Assembly (NCBI GenBank): GCA_038087875.1
Contig: CM075988.1
Coordinates: 27,592,001-27,656,000, forward strand
Direction: 5' to 3'
Origin: Malacoraja senta
Lineage: Eukaryota
Length of the DNA stretch: 64,000 bases
Shown: positions 1 to 11,934 of the stretch, piece after piece
How positions within the stretch are numbered: position 1 is the stretch's first letter
Layout: each line of letters opens with the position of its first letter
Notes under the pieces: model-generated
What the model was told of the DNA's origin: nothing
Databases searched by the model: none
What the model saw: only the letters and a program-made list of their open reading frames with translations
Made by a program: the position numbers and the translations under genes

Positions 1-470
1 GTAAAATAATTTAAACTTCCCTTAAAATGATTTCTATTTTATAAAATAACATGACCAAATAGGGCAATGTATTCACACATTCCTAAATCAAATAGTGGAG
101 CACTTGATTTTGCTTGAGTCGTGGATTTACTATCAATCTCCAACATCCTGATTAATTATAGTAATCAGTGAACAAAATACTCCAAAATGAGTGGTTCTAA
201 TTTGGTAAATTGTGATGGTGGGTTTCTGTATTTAGGAATCCAGACTGCAGTTTTTTTTATACAGCCTCTTTTATAGGAGAAAGTCTCCAGCTTCATTTGT
301 ATAATTTGATTAGAGCTAGCACGGTACAAGGACTAAAACCGGTTGTTCATCTGATTTAAAAGTTACCACTGGACTTCAAAAATAATGTTGAACAAAGATT
401 GTCAATGAATAACTGATTTCTGAAGTTTCATTATTGCATGAATAGGTGATAAAATATTGCATCAAGACAT

Positions 471-1734
471 TTTGTTTAGTTTAGTTTAGGGATGCATTGC
501 GGAAACAGACACTTAAGCCCACCGGGTCTGCGCCGACCAGTGAACCCTGCATACTAACACTATGCTACACACACTTGGGACAATTTTCAATTTTACCAAG
601 TCTTCTTCTTTTTGCGAATGAAACATAAATAATCCAAAGGAACAGTTAGATCTCAAGCCGGGTGTTGAGCAGCCAGGTTGTTGTCTCTGCGTCAATGTCT
701 GCCAGGCCCTGAGCTCCATTTGGTGGGTGGTAAAGCGGGCACTCAGAGATGACATGGTTTGCTGTCTGTTGTTCTGCTCCGCATTCACAGGCTGGGCTCT
801 GGCGGAGCCCCCATCTCCACGTGCTGGCATTGAAACGCCCAACTCCAGTACAAAGTCTGTTGAGCTTCACCCATGCTCCTCTGGGGGGGGGTCAGACCCT
901 GGACAGCTTTTATCTGGTGAAGAGATGTAGCTGTGTAATTGAGATGAGGTTGCCTTCCACTCCTGTGACCACTTGGTGGCTATCCAGTGTGCTCTTGTCT
1001 CAGTTGACTGGATGGATGCTTGGAGTTGTTTTCCATGTGGAGCAAAGGGGTGACGGGACTTTAGTCGGGGTGGCCTCTGCTCTCTGCTGATAGCCTGATG
1101 GAGGAGGTGATCTGGGTCCATGGCACGATGAGATAGTGCCAGACTTGCTGCTTGCCTTCGGATCCCTGCAGGCGAAATGCCTGCAAGTATAGGGAGCTGC
1201 TCGGCTGGAGTAGGTTGAAGGCACCCAGTGATGGTTCGCAAGGTGCTGTTCAGGCTCGTGTCAACCAGACTAGTATGTCTGCTTCTGCTCCATGCGGGTG
1301 CGCAGATCTCAGCTGGAGCATACACAAGAGCTAAGGCAGAGGTGCGAAGAGTTGATGGATTGGCTTTCCAACTTGTTCCTGCCAGGCGTCGGATGAGGCC
1401 GCTATGTGCCATGACCTTGTCGCGGAGACCAACCAGGTGTTGACGAAATGTAAGCGACCTGTCCAGCTTTACGCCGAGGTAAGTAAGTGTTTCTTGGAAG
1501 TCCAAGCACCTATTGTTAATGATGACAGATAGCTCGTCAATTACCAAGTGAATTAGCCTACAAACCTGCATGCCTTTGAAGCATGGAAGGAATCTGGAGA
1601 TCCTGGAGAAAACCAACGCAGGTCACGGGGAAAATGTAGAAACTCCGTACACACAGCATCCATAGTCAGGATCGAACCCGGGTCTCTGGGGCACTGTAAG
1701 CCACCAACTCTATCGGTGTTCCACCGTGCAGCCC
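471..1734 (-). mobile_element. tRNA-derived V-SINE (HE1-like), split by a Vingi-like LINE insertion at 602-1540
   Basis: The minus strand starts GGGCTGCACGGTGGAACA...CCCGGGTTCGATCCTGAC (tRNA-like head with box B) and ends in a (CTAAA)n tail (TTTAG repeats at 471-490). The two halves join to give a sequence colinear with the copy at 27265-27530. Confidence 0.8.
602..1540 (-). mobile_element. 5'-truncated non-LTR retrotransposon, Vingi/Ingi-like (RT C-terminus plus zinc knuckle, no RNase H)
   Basis: ORFs 867-1616 and 646-870 give YLGVKLDRSLTF, LRTSALALVY, RTITGCLQPTP and LNRLCTGVGRF...CECG..HVISEC. A GAA-type tail lies at about 602-612. TSD TTACCAAGT is at 593-601 and 1541-1549. There is a frameshift at a G-run near 883-891. 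Confidence 0.75.
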
Positions 1735-1960
1735 AATTTCAATTAGTTGTGGAATTATTCCCTTTTGATATTTCTTACAAATAACAGAGGTAGCATACTT
1801 GAAATGCACCACCTGTGTCCTCACCGAGTTTTTCTTGTGTTCTTAGTATAAGAATACCGAGCAATAGCTCCATATTTCCAGTTCCTTTCCCTTGGTTTAT
1901 AAATAGCACCTCCATCCTTGAGATTGTCTTGAGGATCACAGTTCTATTCCTCTACATTGT

Positions 1961-2070
1961 ATGTAGGAAGGAACTGCAGATGCTGGTTTTAACCAAAGAT
2001 AGACACTAAAAGCTGGAGCAACTCAGCAGGTTAGGCAGCATCTCTGGAGAAAAGGAATAGGTGACGAAAG
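1961..2070 (-). repeat. Penelope-derived terminal repeat (left arm of an inverted pair; right arm about 6775-6865), interrupted by the Gypsy element
   Basis: GGAACTGCAGATGCTGG...AGCTGGAGCAACTCAGC...GGCAGCATCTCTGGAGA is mirrored by CCAGAGATGCTGCCTGACCCGCTG...GAGTTACTCCAGC after 6775. The same family recurs throughout the window. Confidence 0.65.
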
Positions 2071-2281
2071 TGTAAAGACTTGTCAAACACGTGATGTCTT
2101 CACTCTTAGTTTATTGCATACATTGTAATCGTATACACACATATTGCCCTAGCTGTTCGTGGTCCGTCACCGGAGCTAGAGAGGGAGCTGGGGGTGGGAA
2201 GGTTACAATTATACTGAAGGTAATGGGGAGTGGTTAGTAGTGGTGAGGTCACAATGTTAAAGGAGCATGCACTGATCTACA
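2071..2281 (-). repeat. 3' LTR of Gypsy element A
   Basis: Direct repeat of 6559-6769, preceded on the minus strand by the polypurine tract; contains AATAAA on the minus strand. Confidence 0.95.
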
Positions 2282-2385
2282 TCCTTCCCCTTGGAAAACA
2301 AAATATTATAATGATGACAGTGCGACCACGACTCATATGGTAGACACAAACCCGCGCGTACATCGGCAGGAAAGATATGAAACAT

Positions 2386-5300
2386 TCAAGCAAACTCCCC
2401 GTAACGCACAGGTGGCTTGACCAGCCGCCCGGAGCGGGTACGCAGCCCGCCTTCCCCCCCCTCCGAAGGAAGAGCAGGTACAGGAGCAGGAGAGGTGATA
2501 GGGGAGCTGACAGGAGAATGAGCAGGAGAGGGAGGACGACGAGACCGTGGAGGAGAAACGGGCACCGCAGCGGGCACACGAGCGGGAGAGGTAGGATAGG
2601 GGGGGCCTTGAGGAGCAGTGGGAGAACGGGGCACCAAGGGTTGAGAGGGCAGAGTTCTGGGCATGTGAGGAGCGGTAGGCAGAGAGGTAGCAACCGGAGG
2701 TGCAAAAGGGGCTGATGGAGGCGGAGCGGGCTCGTTAACCGGCAGCAAATGCTGGCGGGACCGGCAGTAGGTGGTGCCCTCGTAGTCAACCAGGTAAGAG
2801 CGCAGAGAGTCTGCAGACCGACGACAACAGCCAGTCGGTGGTGTCCTGAGGGGGACTGCATCCGGACGACCTGGCCCTTGAAGAGACGCGGAAGGGGACG
2901 GCATGATTTGTCGTGGGAGCCCTTCTGGATAGCCTGTTTCTGGGCAATGCGCTCCTGGACAGCAGCAGGGCTGCGGACCGCGGGTTGTAGGGATCGCTGG
3001 GAGACAGGGATAGGAGGGCGTGTGGTGCGGGACATAAGCCGCTGAGCAGGCGAGCCCAGGGCAGGGTCGCGAGAAATATTGCGGAGATTCAGTAGGGCCA
3101 GGTAAAAGTCCGAATGCGATAGTCTACACTGCTCCAACAGCTCCTTGGCACTGCGGACGGCGCGCTCAGCAAGGCCGTTGCTCTGCGGGTACTCAGGGCT
3201 GCTGGTGATGTGGCGAAAGTTCCAGGCTGCAGCGAAGGCGCGGAACTCCGCACTCGAGAACTGGCCGCCGTTGTCAGACTGCAAAGTCACAGGAATGCCA
3301 AAGATCCCAAAGTTGCGTTTCAGCTTCCCGATGACAGCAGCAGAAGTGAGGGAGTGCAGCTGATCCACCTCGAACCAGCTGGAATAGGAGTCTACAAGGA
3401 CCAGGAAATGTTTGCCACGCCACTCAAATATGTCAGTAGCGACCGCCATCCACGCCAGGTCGGGAGCAGGCTGTTGCAGGAGTGGCTGGCGTTGCTGGTG
3501 GGGAGAGAGGGTATTGCAGGTTGAGCAGGCAGAGACCCTATCCCGGATGTCCTGTGCCATGCCGGGCCAATAAAATTGGCTCTGGGCCTGGGACAGGGTG
3601 GCATCGGCTCCGGGATGGCCGCTGTGGGCAGTTTGGAAATAGTGGTCCCGCAGCGCGGCAGGCACCACAACCTTGTGGCCCTTCACCACCACGCCGTCAT
3701 GTAGCACAAGTTCATCCCGGACTAGGAAGTAGGGCGCAGCACCAGCCGGCAAGGATGAGCGACGGTCAGGCCAGCCACGACGGATGACGTCTACAAGCTG
3801 TTGCAGGGCAGGATCATTGGCAGTGTGGTGAATCAGGGACTGCATCTGCCGGGAAGGCACAAAGTTAACGTTTAGCACCATCAGATCGGATGATTCGTAC
3901 GGGTGGCGGGCAGTAGACGCCAGCGGTGCGCGGGATAGCGTGTCGGCCACAAACATGTCCTTGCCCTTTCGGTACACGATCCGAAACGTGAAGCGCTGAA
4001 GCTGCAGCATCATATGCTGCAAACGGGAAGAGGCAACGTGGATCGGTTTGTTCAAGATCGTGACCAGCGGCTGGTGGTCGGTCTCAATAGTGAAAGTGTT
4101 ACCCAGAATGTAGTCCTTGAACTTCGAGCAGGCAAACACCACGGCAAGGAGCTCCTTCTCGATCTGGGCGCAGCGTTGTTCGGCAGGGGTCATAGTGCGG
4201 GAGGCGTAGGAGACAGGTAATTGCAGGCGGTCGTAGAGTTGCAGGCAGGCGGCACCGAGACCGAAATTCGAGGCATCGCAGGTGAGGACGATGGGGCGCT
4301 TTAAGTCGAAGAACTTTAGAGTCGGGGTGCGAACCAGCCGGGACTTCAGGACATCGAAGGCTGCCTGATGCTGCGGGTACCAAACCCAGGCAGTGTCTTT
4401 CTTGGTCAGTTCCCTCAGGGGCGCACTCAGCTCGCTGATGTCGGGAATGAATTTCCCCAGGTAGTTCACCATGCCCAAGAAGCGCTGCAGGCTGGGCACG
4501 TTGACCGGAGCTGGCATCCCAGAAACCGCAGCTGTCTTCTGTGGGTCTGGTTTCAGACCCTCAGCCGTAAAAACGTGGCCCACGTATGTGACCTCCGGGA
4601 CGCGGAAACAGCACTTTTTGGGGTTCAGTTTGAGGTTGATCTTACGAGCCCTATCCAGGACTTGGCGGAGGTGGAGGTCGTGTTCAGCGACGTCTCTCCC
4701 GTACACTAAGATGTCATCGACGATGATAGCACACGGCAGACATGGTGCGCTGGAAGACCTCGCTGGCAGAATTGATCCCAAAAGGCATGCGGAGGAAACG
4801 GAACCTGCCGAAAGGTGTACCGAACGTGGTCAGGAAGGATGAACGTTCATCCAGCGGAATCTGCCAGAAAGAGCTCTTGGCATCGAGGACAGAGAATACA
4901 GTGGCTGGGCCAACCTGTGCAGCGACTTCCTCCATCGTTCGCATGGGGTAGTGCGGGCGCTTGATGGCAAGGTTTAGGTCCTTGGGGTTTATACAGATCC
5001 GAATCTCACTCTTGTCCTTCTTAGAAGCAACGACCATGGTGGAGACGCACCGGGTGGGATCACTCACCTCCTTGATGATGCCCACAGCCACCATCTGGCG
5101 CAGAATCGACTCCACCCTGTCCTTCATAGCAAAGGAGACGCGGTGAGCCGGGCGGACTACCGGATGGACCCCCGGGTCCACCTCGATTTCGTAATTGCAG
5201 GGTAGTTTGCCCAATACATCGTCAAAACTATCAGGGTACTCGCACATGGGATCCATGGGGGTCTGCACCAGGTGGATATCGCGGTGGAAGGAAACCAAAC

Positions 5301-6465
5301 CGAGGTCCTGGCACACACTGGCGCCCAACAGAGTAACATTCTCAGATTTCAGCAGGAGGATAGAGAGGGGCCGAGAGGCCTTCAGAACTGTGCAGATAAG
5401 GGTTGCCTTCCCGACTGGTACGAGCACACTCCCCCCATATGCGTGGAGACGGGAGTCGTCGGCAGTAACCTTCTCACCAGATCTTATCTGCTCAAAGATG
5501 CTTAATGACATAACATTGGCAAACGCCCCCGTGTCGACCTTCGCAGGAAAGGTCATCCCATTCACAGTAACTCGAACTGAGGGATCAGCTATCAAAGCAT
5601 GTGCACCCAAGACTGAAAAAATACGCGATTCATCATGGGAGGAACTGGTATCAGAATCAGGGAGTTCGTCTGAAAGGTACTGGGAGCCTTGAACACTATC
5701 AGTCACAGCAAGGTTGTTTAGACTCCTTCTCGGAGCAGGGACAGGCTGGCCCCTGGAACGGCACACTGCGGAGAAGTGATTCAGCTTCCTACAGAAATTA
5801 CAAGTCTTTCCCAGCGCAGGGCAAACATTAAATTGATGATTGGCGAAGTTGCAGTTGGGGCATCGACGTGGGTTGTTCCTCGCGGGCGCGGGAGTGCTAC
5901 GCTGGCGTGGCGGGCCATCGTTCCGCCGGCGTTCAGCAGCACCAGCATAGTGAATGTCCTGAGCCTCAGGTGGAGATACGGAGTCGACAGCAGCAGCCAT
6001 GCGAGAGGCATGCAAAGCCTCGTTTAAAGTGAGGTCTGGCTTCCTCAAGAGCTCTCCCCGTAGCTTCTCATCCTGTAGGCCGTGAACTAGGACATCCCTG
6101 ACCATTTGGTCGGGGGTCAACGCGTCCAGGCGGCAACGCTGAGCCAGGTGACGCAACGATGCAATGAAGGAGTCGATGTGCTCCCCGGGTTTCTGGCGCC
6201 TGGTGAAAAACTTAAACCGCTCTATAATGCAATTGGTGGGAATGTCACACAGCGCGGCAAATTTATTCGTAAGACATATCGGGTCCTGAGCATTCTCACC
6301 ATCGGCGTACTCGAACGATTCAAAACGTTCCATGGTAACCGCAGGGGTAGCATTAGGATGAGCGATCGCGACATAATGCTGGAAGTCGCGCCTAAAGACA
6401 GTCCACCGGTGAACGATGTCGGAGTCAAACACCAGAATGTCAGGCTTACGACACGAGTTGGCCAT
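2386..6465 (-). pseudogene. gag-pol: Gypsy gag-pol polyprotein, disrupted (two frameshifts and an in-frame gag deletion)
   Basis: Starts MANSCRKPD. Zinc knuckles CPNCNFANHQFNVC and CNFCRKLNHFSAVC; protease KVDTGA; RT VLDAKSSFWQ, RMPFG and IVDDILVYG; RNase H CDAS..GLGA and EKELLAVVFA; integrase HHCC plus DDE (SDNG..F, NGLAER). Frameshifts near 4740 (EQLFSG lost relative to element C) and near 2817. Confidence 0.93.
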
Positions 6466-6558
6466 AGTAAATAAAGGGTTAGAAAGGAAAATAAAAACTT
6501 GGAGAGAACAAAACAAACCCGATAGACAGGAGACGCAGGGTTCAACTTTGTGACACCA

Positions 6559-6769
6559 TGTAAAGACTTGTCAAACACGTGATGTCTTCACTCTTAGTTT
6601 ATTGCATACATTGTAATTGTATACACACATATTGCCCTAGCTGTTCGTGGTCCGTCACCGGAGCTAGAGAGGGAGCTGGGGGTGGGAAGGTGACAATTAT
6701 ACTGAAGATAATGTGGAGTGGTTAGTAGTGGTGAGGTCACTATGTTAAAGGAGCATGCACTGATCTACA
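6559..6769 (-). repeat. 5' LTR of Gypsy element A
   Basis: Direct repeat of 2071-2281, followed on the minus strand by PBS TGGTGTCA. Confidence 0.95.
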
Positions 6770-7828
6770 GAAAGGGTCTGCAGAAGGGTCTCGCCAGAGA
6801 TGCTGCCTGACCCGCTGCCCCAACTGCCTGACCCGCTGAGTTACTCCAGCTTTTTATATCTATCCTCTACTTTGTGTCATTGCAGACTTCATTTTATCAA
6901 CCATGTGCCACATGATTATTGACTTGTGAATTCAATTGATCCTTATAGGAGTTTGCAAATTAGCCAATACAAAACCATTAAGAATTTTATGTAAAACTAA
7001 ACGGGACAAGAGTTGCAATGACGTTGGTGGTTTTGAGCAAATTGCTTACGGTCTGCTCAGCATGGGAATAATGGACCACTGTTTCAGTTAAAAATTCTGG
7101 TTTTGTCAAGTAGTCATTTGTAATTTATAACCAGAGATACAACTTTTTTTGATGCATAAACAATATTTGATCTGGAGTGAGATTACTTGTGTTATCTAGT
7201 CTTTACTAATATACAGATTAGAATTGTCATGGAATCATCGACAACGTATGACATAAAGAAGGCCATCATTGTGCCTGTGGTATCCACTTAAATCCCAATT
7301 TTGGCACATGATTCTTCACCTAGTAAATCATGGTTAATCAATACACATGTAAGTACTGCAAAATGAAGCCTTTCCATACCTGAATTCAGTGACTTTATAA
7401 ACAGTATCCCTTGTCCATGTTATCCATGCCAAATTGACAGGTAATAATTTAAGGAAAATATTATGTTCTTTTCCTATTGCTGTTGCCAAAGAACATGAGT
7501 TGTATGCTTGGATGTGGACCAAACATCTCAATTGCATTCACCAGACTCTTTGCATTAGAGCATGAGGATGCAGTTTGTTGAAACAATGTAGACATTGGCC
7601 TAGAGTCTTGGCCACAGTCACATCGGAACCTATTATTATTTGAATTACTTTCCAAATGCACCAGTGTTTTATTGAATTAATTGCTGAAAATTGTTGCCTA
7701 TTACAACCAGTCTGGACACATGTTTTTATGGTGATTATTACCAGAGATGTTGAATAAATAGATTTCTAACACATCCAAATCCCATGTTCCAATGAAAATT
7801 ATATAACCATAGCATAGATGCAGGACAT

Positions 7829-8640
7829 TCAGATTCAGATTAGTTTATTGCCATTTACTACCAGGGTGCAATGAAACTCCTTTGCATGAAGCTCATACAG
7901 CAAACAATAAATACACTAAGAACACAATAACTACAAAAAATGAATGCAAAAATAACCAAACGGTGCATAGATTGTAGCACAAACTAAAGTAATAAAAAGT
8001 TAAATACTAAAATGCAATAATGGAATAAACAAGTGAGGTAGAATTAAGAATATGAATACGTAGCACCATTATGAAGGGTGGGGAAGGAGCGGGGAGGGGT
8101 GTATGAAAGAGCTAAATGGTTCTTGAGTCTGATAGCAATGGGGAAGATGCTATTCTTAAGTTTGGATATCCGGGCTTTCAAGCTGGTGTATCTTTTCCCA
8201 GAAGAGAGGAAACGGAATGGTCAGGGTGGCCGGCATCCTTCCCAATACAATGTAACATGAAGAAAACATTGAAAGAAGGAATTGATGATAGAGTTCCAGG
8301 CTGAGATGCAAACTGACAAAATACTCACCGTAGTGCACATGTAAATGTTCAAGAGAATCCTCATAGACAAGCTGAATCTTCTCAGACACCTAAAAAAAAT
8401 AGATGCGCTGATACACAATCTTGATCACTGCACCAGTGAAGAGACCAGTTTAGATTGCTAGTAATATGGATGCCCAGGAACATGAAGCAGTTAATCATCT
8501 CTGCAGCAGCATTATTGATGAGGGCAGAGTTGTGTTCAATGGAGCAGCACCGGCAGAGAATTAGATGAAATGAGGGCTAGAAGTGAAGTTACCAGCAATG
8601 ATAAACAGAGAATCAGGGTTTGCTGTTTCAAGAGAGTGAT
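7829..8640 (-). mobile_element. Decayed Rex1/Babar-type LINE remnant (3' region)
   Basis: Degenerate translations (FRCLRRF, CTTVSILSVCISAW, PDSLFIIAGNF) resemble the Rex1 copy at 18478-25905; microsatellite-like tail ATTCAG repeats at 7827-7840. Confidence 0.5.
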
Positions 8641-9224
8641 GCCTAAATATAATGTGTCCAATGCTACCTTGGCAATGGCTTGGGATAGACTGCTGACAAA
8701 ATGTTAGAAGTGAATTTCCTTGATAGATAAAAGGGGTGGCATTTGCCAATATATGCACTGGTTATAATAACTCAAATTTCACTGTACCTTAACTGGTACA
8801 TGTAACAATAAACTGATCTTGAAACCTTGAAACCTTGGTTTGCTTTGGAGCAGTTTGTTGGGGCAAATGTTTTGCAATTGTTTGGATAGAAGTACCACTT
8901 CAGCTGACATTATGATTAGGTGACTTCCAGGCCATTGATTTTACCTTTCTTGACATGATTTGCTGTCGGAAACCAGACATGGAAACCTCTGGAATTCAGC
9001 AGCCGTGATGGGCCGCTAAACATGTTGAAAATATCTCACAAATAGCATGCAGTTTAAATATTTTATTAAGTGTGAAATAAAGTGTGAATTAGAATCATGT
9101 GGAAACTGAAATATCATAAACTTTTCAATGTAAAATTGATGTTTCATTGATTAAAAGCACAACATTTTGAAATGAAATATTGAAGGAATAGTTATCCACA
9201 TATATTCATGCAGTTTCACCAACT

Positions 9225-9590
9225 AAGGCTCAGGCATAACCTGATGGATGTTCATAAAACCATGAGGGGAATAGATAAAGTGAATAGCCACTGTCAATTT
9301 TCTTCCCAAGGTACGGGAGTCAAAAACTGGACATAGGTTTAAGGCGAAAGAAGAAAGATTCAATAGTGACCTGGTGCATATATGGAATGAGCAGCCAAAA
9401 AACATGGCAGAGCTGGGTACAATTGCGGCGCTTAAAAGACATTTTGATGGGTACATGGAAAGGAAAAGTTTGGAGGAACATGGGGAAGGCCCAGGCAAGT
9501 GTGAACAGATACGTTAGTCAACTTGGGTCACCATGGACAGGTTTGGCCAAAGGATCTGTTTCTATGCTGTATAGCTCTATGACTCCATGG
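9225..9590 (+). mobile_element. CR1 LINE 3' fragment
   Basis: CATAAAACCATGAGGGGAATAGATAAAGTG...TTTAAGG...GGATCTGTTTCTATGCTGTATAGCTCTATGACTC resembles the CR1 3' ends at 34700-35088 and 38660-39195. Confidence 0.65.
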
Positions 9591-9974
9591 TGACTTACAC
9601 TAAGGTGGTGACTTGATTTTGAACATCTATAATTATGTATTGAACCACAATTTCCTAAACCTGTTTATGGAACCAGCAGATATTCTCAAGTTTCTACTGC
9701 GTATAGCATTCCTCTTGGGCGCAAAGAGACAGTTTAAGAGTAAATCTAAGAGAATAATATTTAAAATCCTTGCAAAAAGATGTAATACAAGAATATTTTA
9801 AGATGTCATGCAGTACCAAACATTGTGATCATGTTATGAAAACATTTATGATACACCAAAGAAGGTTGTCATCTATGGCACAATTTTGCTACAGAATCCA
9901 GGAAGAATAATTTTGCAATTATCTTCAAGTGATTTACTTGTATTTTTAATATAGTATGTTGCTTACAGTGCTCA

Positions 9975-10700
9975 TAAAGTAGCCTCCTGCACTGTTGGAT
10001 GCCAAACAGAGACTGTTATACCACCTTGCAGAATGCCTCCATTCAGTCTGCATATGTCTGAAGAAGGGTCCCAAACCGAAACGTCACCCATTCCTTTTCT
10101 CCAGAGATGCTGAATTACTCCAGCATTTTCTGTCTATCTTCAAGGTAATTCAATTGTTTCCCCATTTTAATTCTCCATGCAATTTCCATTCTGACTGCAC
10201 TGTCTTTATACTTCTTCTGTATTTCACCAAAGCTGAACAGAAGCTGAAGAACAGCATGTTATCTTCTGACCATCCTTTTGGAACATTCTGAAATGCAACA
10301 ATTTCAGATAATTAGCAATTCCATCCTTGTATGTCATATATTCAACATTCATTTTCGCTCTCTCTCTCTCCTCTCTTAATAATTTCCGATTATTTCTGTT
10401 TCATCATCTCCTATTCACACCAACCCAAAAATGTTATACTTTTGTTATTCGCTAATCTTGATCACGTTCTTCCAGCCAACACCACTACCAGTTGTGTAAT
10501 TTAATCTTTCCCCATCACAGACCCTTTTTGCTCATGTCACCTCTACCTACACTCGCTGCAATTGAACACTTGGTTTATATCCTATTTTCCCCATTTCTAT
10601 GAAAAATTGAAACATTAGCTCATTTCTTTCTCCACGTATTCTATCAGCTGCTGAGTATTTCCATCATTTTCTGTTTTGATTTCTAAATTTCAAAACATGT
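9975..10700 (+). mobile_element. Decayed Penelope-like 3' region with an embedded hammerhead-bearing repeat (10058-10140)
   Basis: Degenerate GIY-YIG-region text (KQRL..HLAE.LHSVC, HFNSP, KLKNSMLS) and CTGAAGA-AGGGTCCCAAACC-GAAACGTC. Confidence 0.5.
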
Positions 10701-11934
10701 GGCATTTGCCATTGCTTTTGCATATTCTCCATCTGTTGTTCCTGATTTGAGCTTTTTGATATTGACATTATAGACCAATTTTTTAATTGCAGTTTTCTAG
10801 TAATAATATTTATTATGCATGGCAAGAAATGTTTCTAAATAGAAATTAAATTAACAGATTAAAAACAAGGAAGCTTTACAGTTTTGTTTTGTTTCGATTA
10901 CCATCTGGCAAGATTTTTAGAACTGCATAATGCCAATATTAATTTAATATATTTAGGCAGCTGAACAGCAGCCAGACCTAGCTTTTGATATGTCTCTAGG
11001 CAACGGGGCAAACAAGATAACCATGACAGTTAGAAACAAATGTGACTGGATTTAAAATGCTTGGTCGGCACTATTATAAACATTGCTTATCCCCAATAAT
11101 GCTAAAGATAAGGCTTTCAGAATCATTCAGTCCCAGCATAAATGTTGCAAATTTGATATTTCATGGGCTTAATTCGATTGAAACAGAAAGGAAATACTTT
11201 GGCCTGTACCCAAAACTAAATGGTGACTCATCTACTATATATCTATGCCAAAATAAATGCATGTGTAATTCTTTCAGCACAAACAATGCAAGTAATAGAT
11301 AGTGTTAACTGAATATGAATAGCATGACCCAAAATATCATACACATTTCAGCAATAAATAAATACAACAAGACTATTACAGTTGTGAAAAGATATGTCTT
11401 GTTAAACCTCGAGCATTTATAATGTCAGTAAGCTGATATGAAAGCAAAGGTAGGCTTAGTTGAGCAAAGTAACATGATGTTTCTGTCACAGTTGTAAAGG
11501 ATATGTAATGTGATCTTGGCTCAGGTCAGTCCTCAGAAAGATTAACTTCATCCTTCACTTTTCACGCTCTCACTGACTAGCTGGCCTTCCATCAGCGAAT
11601 ATACTTGAAGGACATACAAACAAAATGCAGTTGTTCACAGAATATAGATGTCCGTGGCAAGGCCATCATTTGTATTATCCTCAATTGTGCTTTTGGTTGA
11701 TGAAACTATAATAATGTTTTGGAAATCCCAAAACATTTGCCCTGTCAAACTACAGCTAAACTTCCTGGCCTAAGGTAATTTGGAAGGAGAATCAGCTTTA
11801 TAAAATGATAAATCTTTTAGGATAATCTGTCATAAAAGCCTAGTTAGATAGTTGACTCCTATAAATAGTGTCTCACAAAGTTAAAAATAGAGATCTGATA
11901 TAAGATTTGGAGCATAATGACGGATAGGGACACA

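Larger units (their letters stand above)
2071..6769 (-). mobile_element. Full-length Ty3/Gypsy LTR retrotransposon (element A)
   Basis: 211-bp LTRs at 2071-2281 and 6559-6769 with TG...CA ends (5 mismatches counted by eye). 5-bp TSD GAAAG at 2066-2070 and 6770-6774. PBS TGGTGTCA next to the 5' LTR and PPT AAGGGGAAGGA at 2282-2292. Domain order is gag-PR-RT-RH-IN. Confidence 0.97.

Noticed and set aside
1813..1952. Possible minus-strand exon (open frame RNRTVILK...)
   Set aside because: Weak acceptor and no recognisable protein; it may be decayed repeat sequence.
2377..6578. Many plus-strand and alternative-frame ORFs over Gypsy A (and likewise the minus-strand ORFs over element C, for example 23315-24055)
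   Set aside because: These are shadow ORFs of GC-rich gag-pol sequence with no recognisable domains, and they are not shared between A and C.
7334..7661. Overlapping minus-strand ORFs with a CAG|GTATGG donor
   Set aside because: No single frame is open between plausible splice sites and the acceptor tract is poor.
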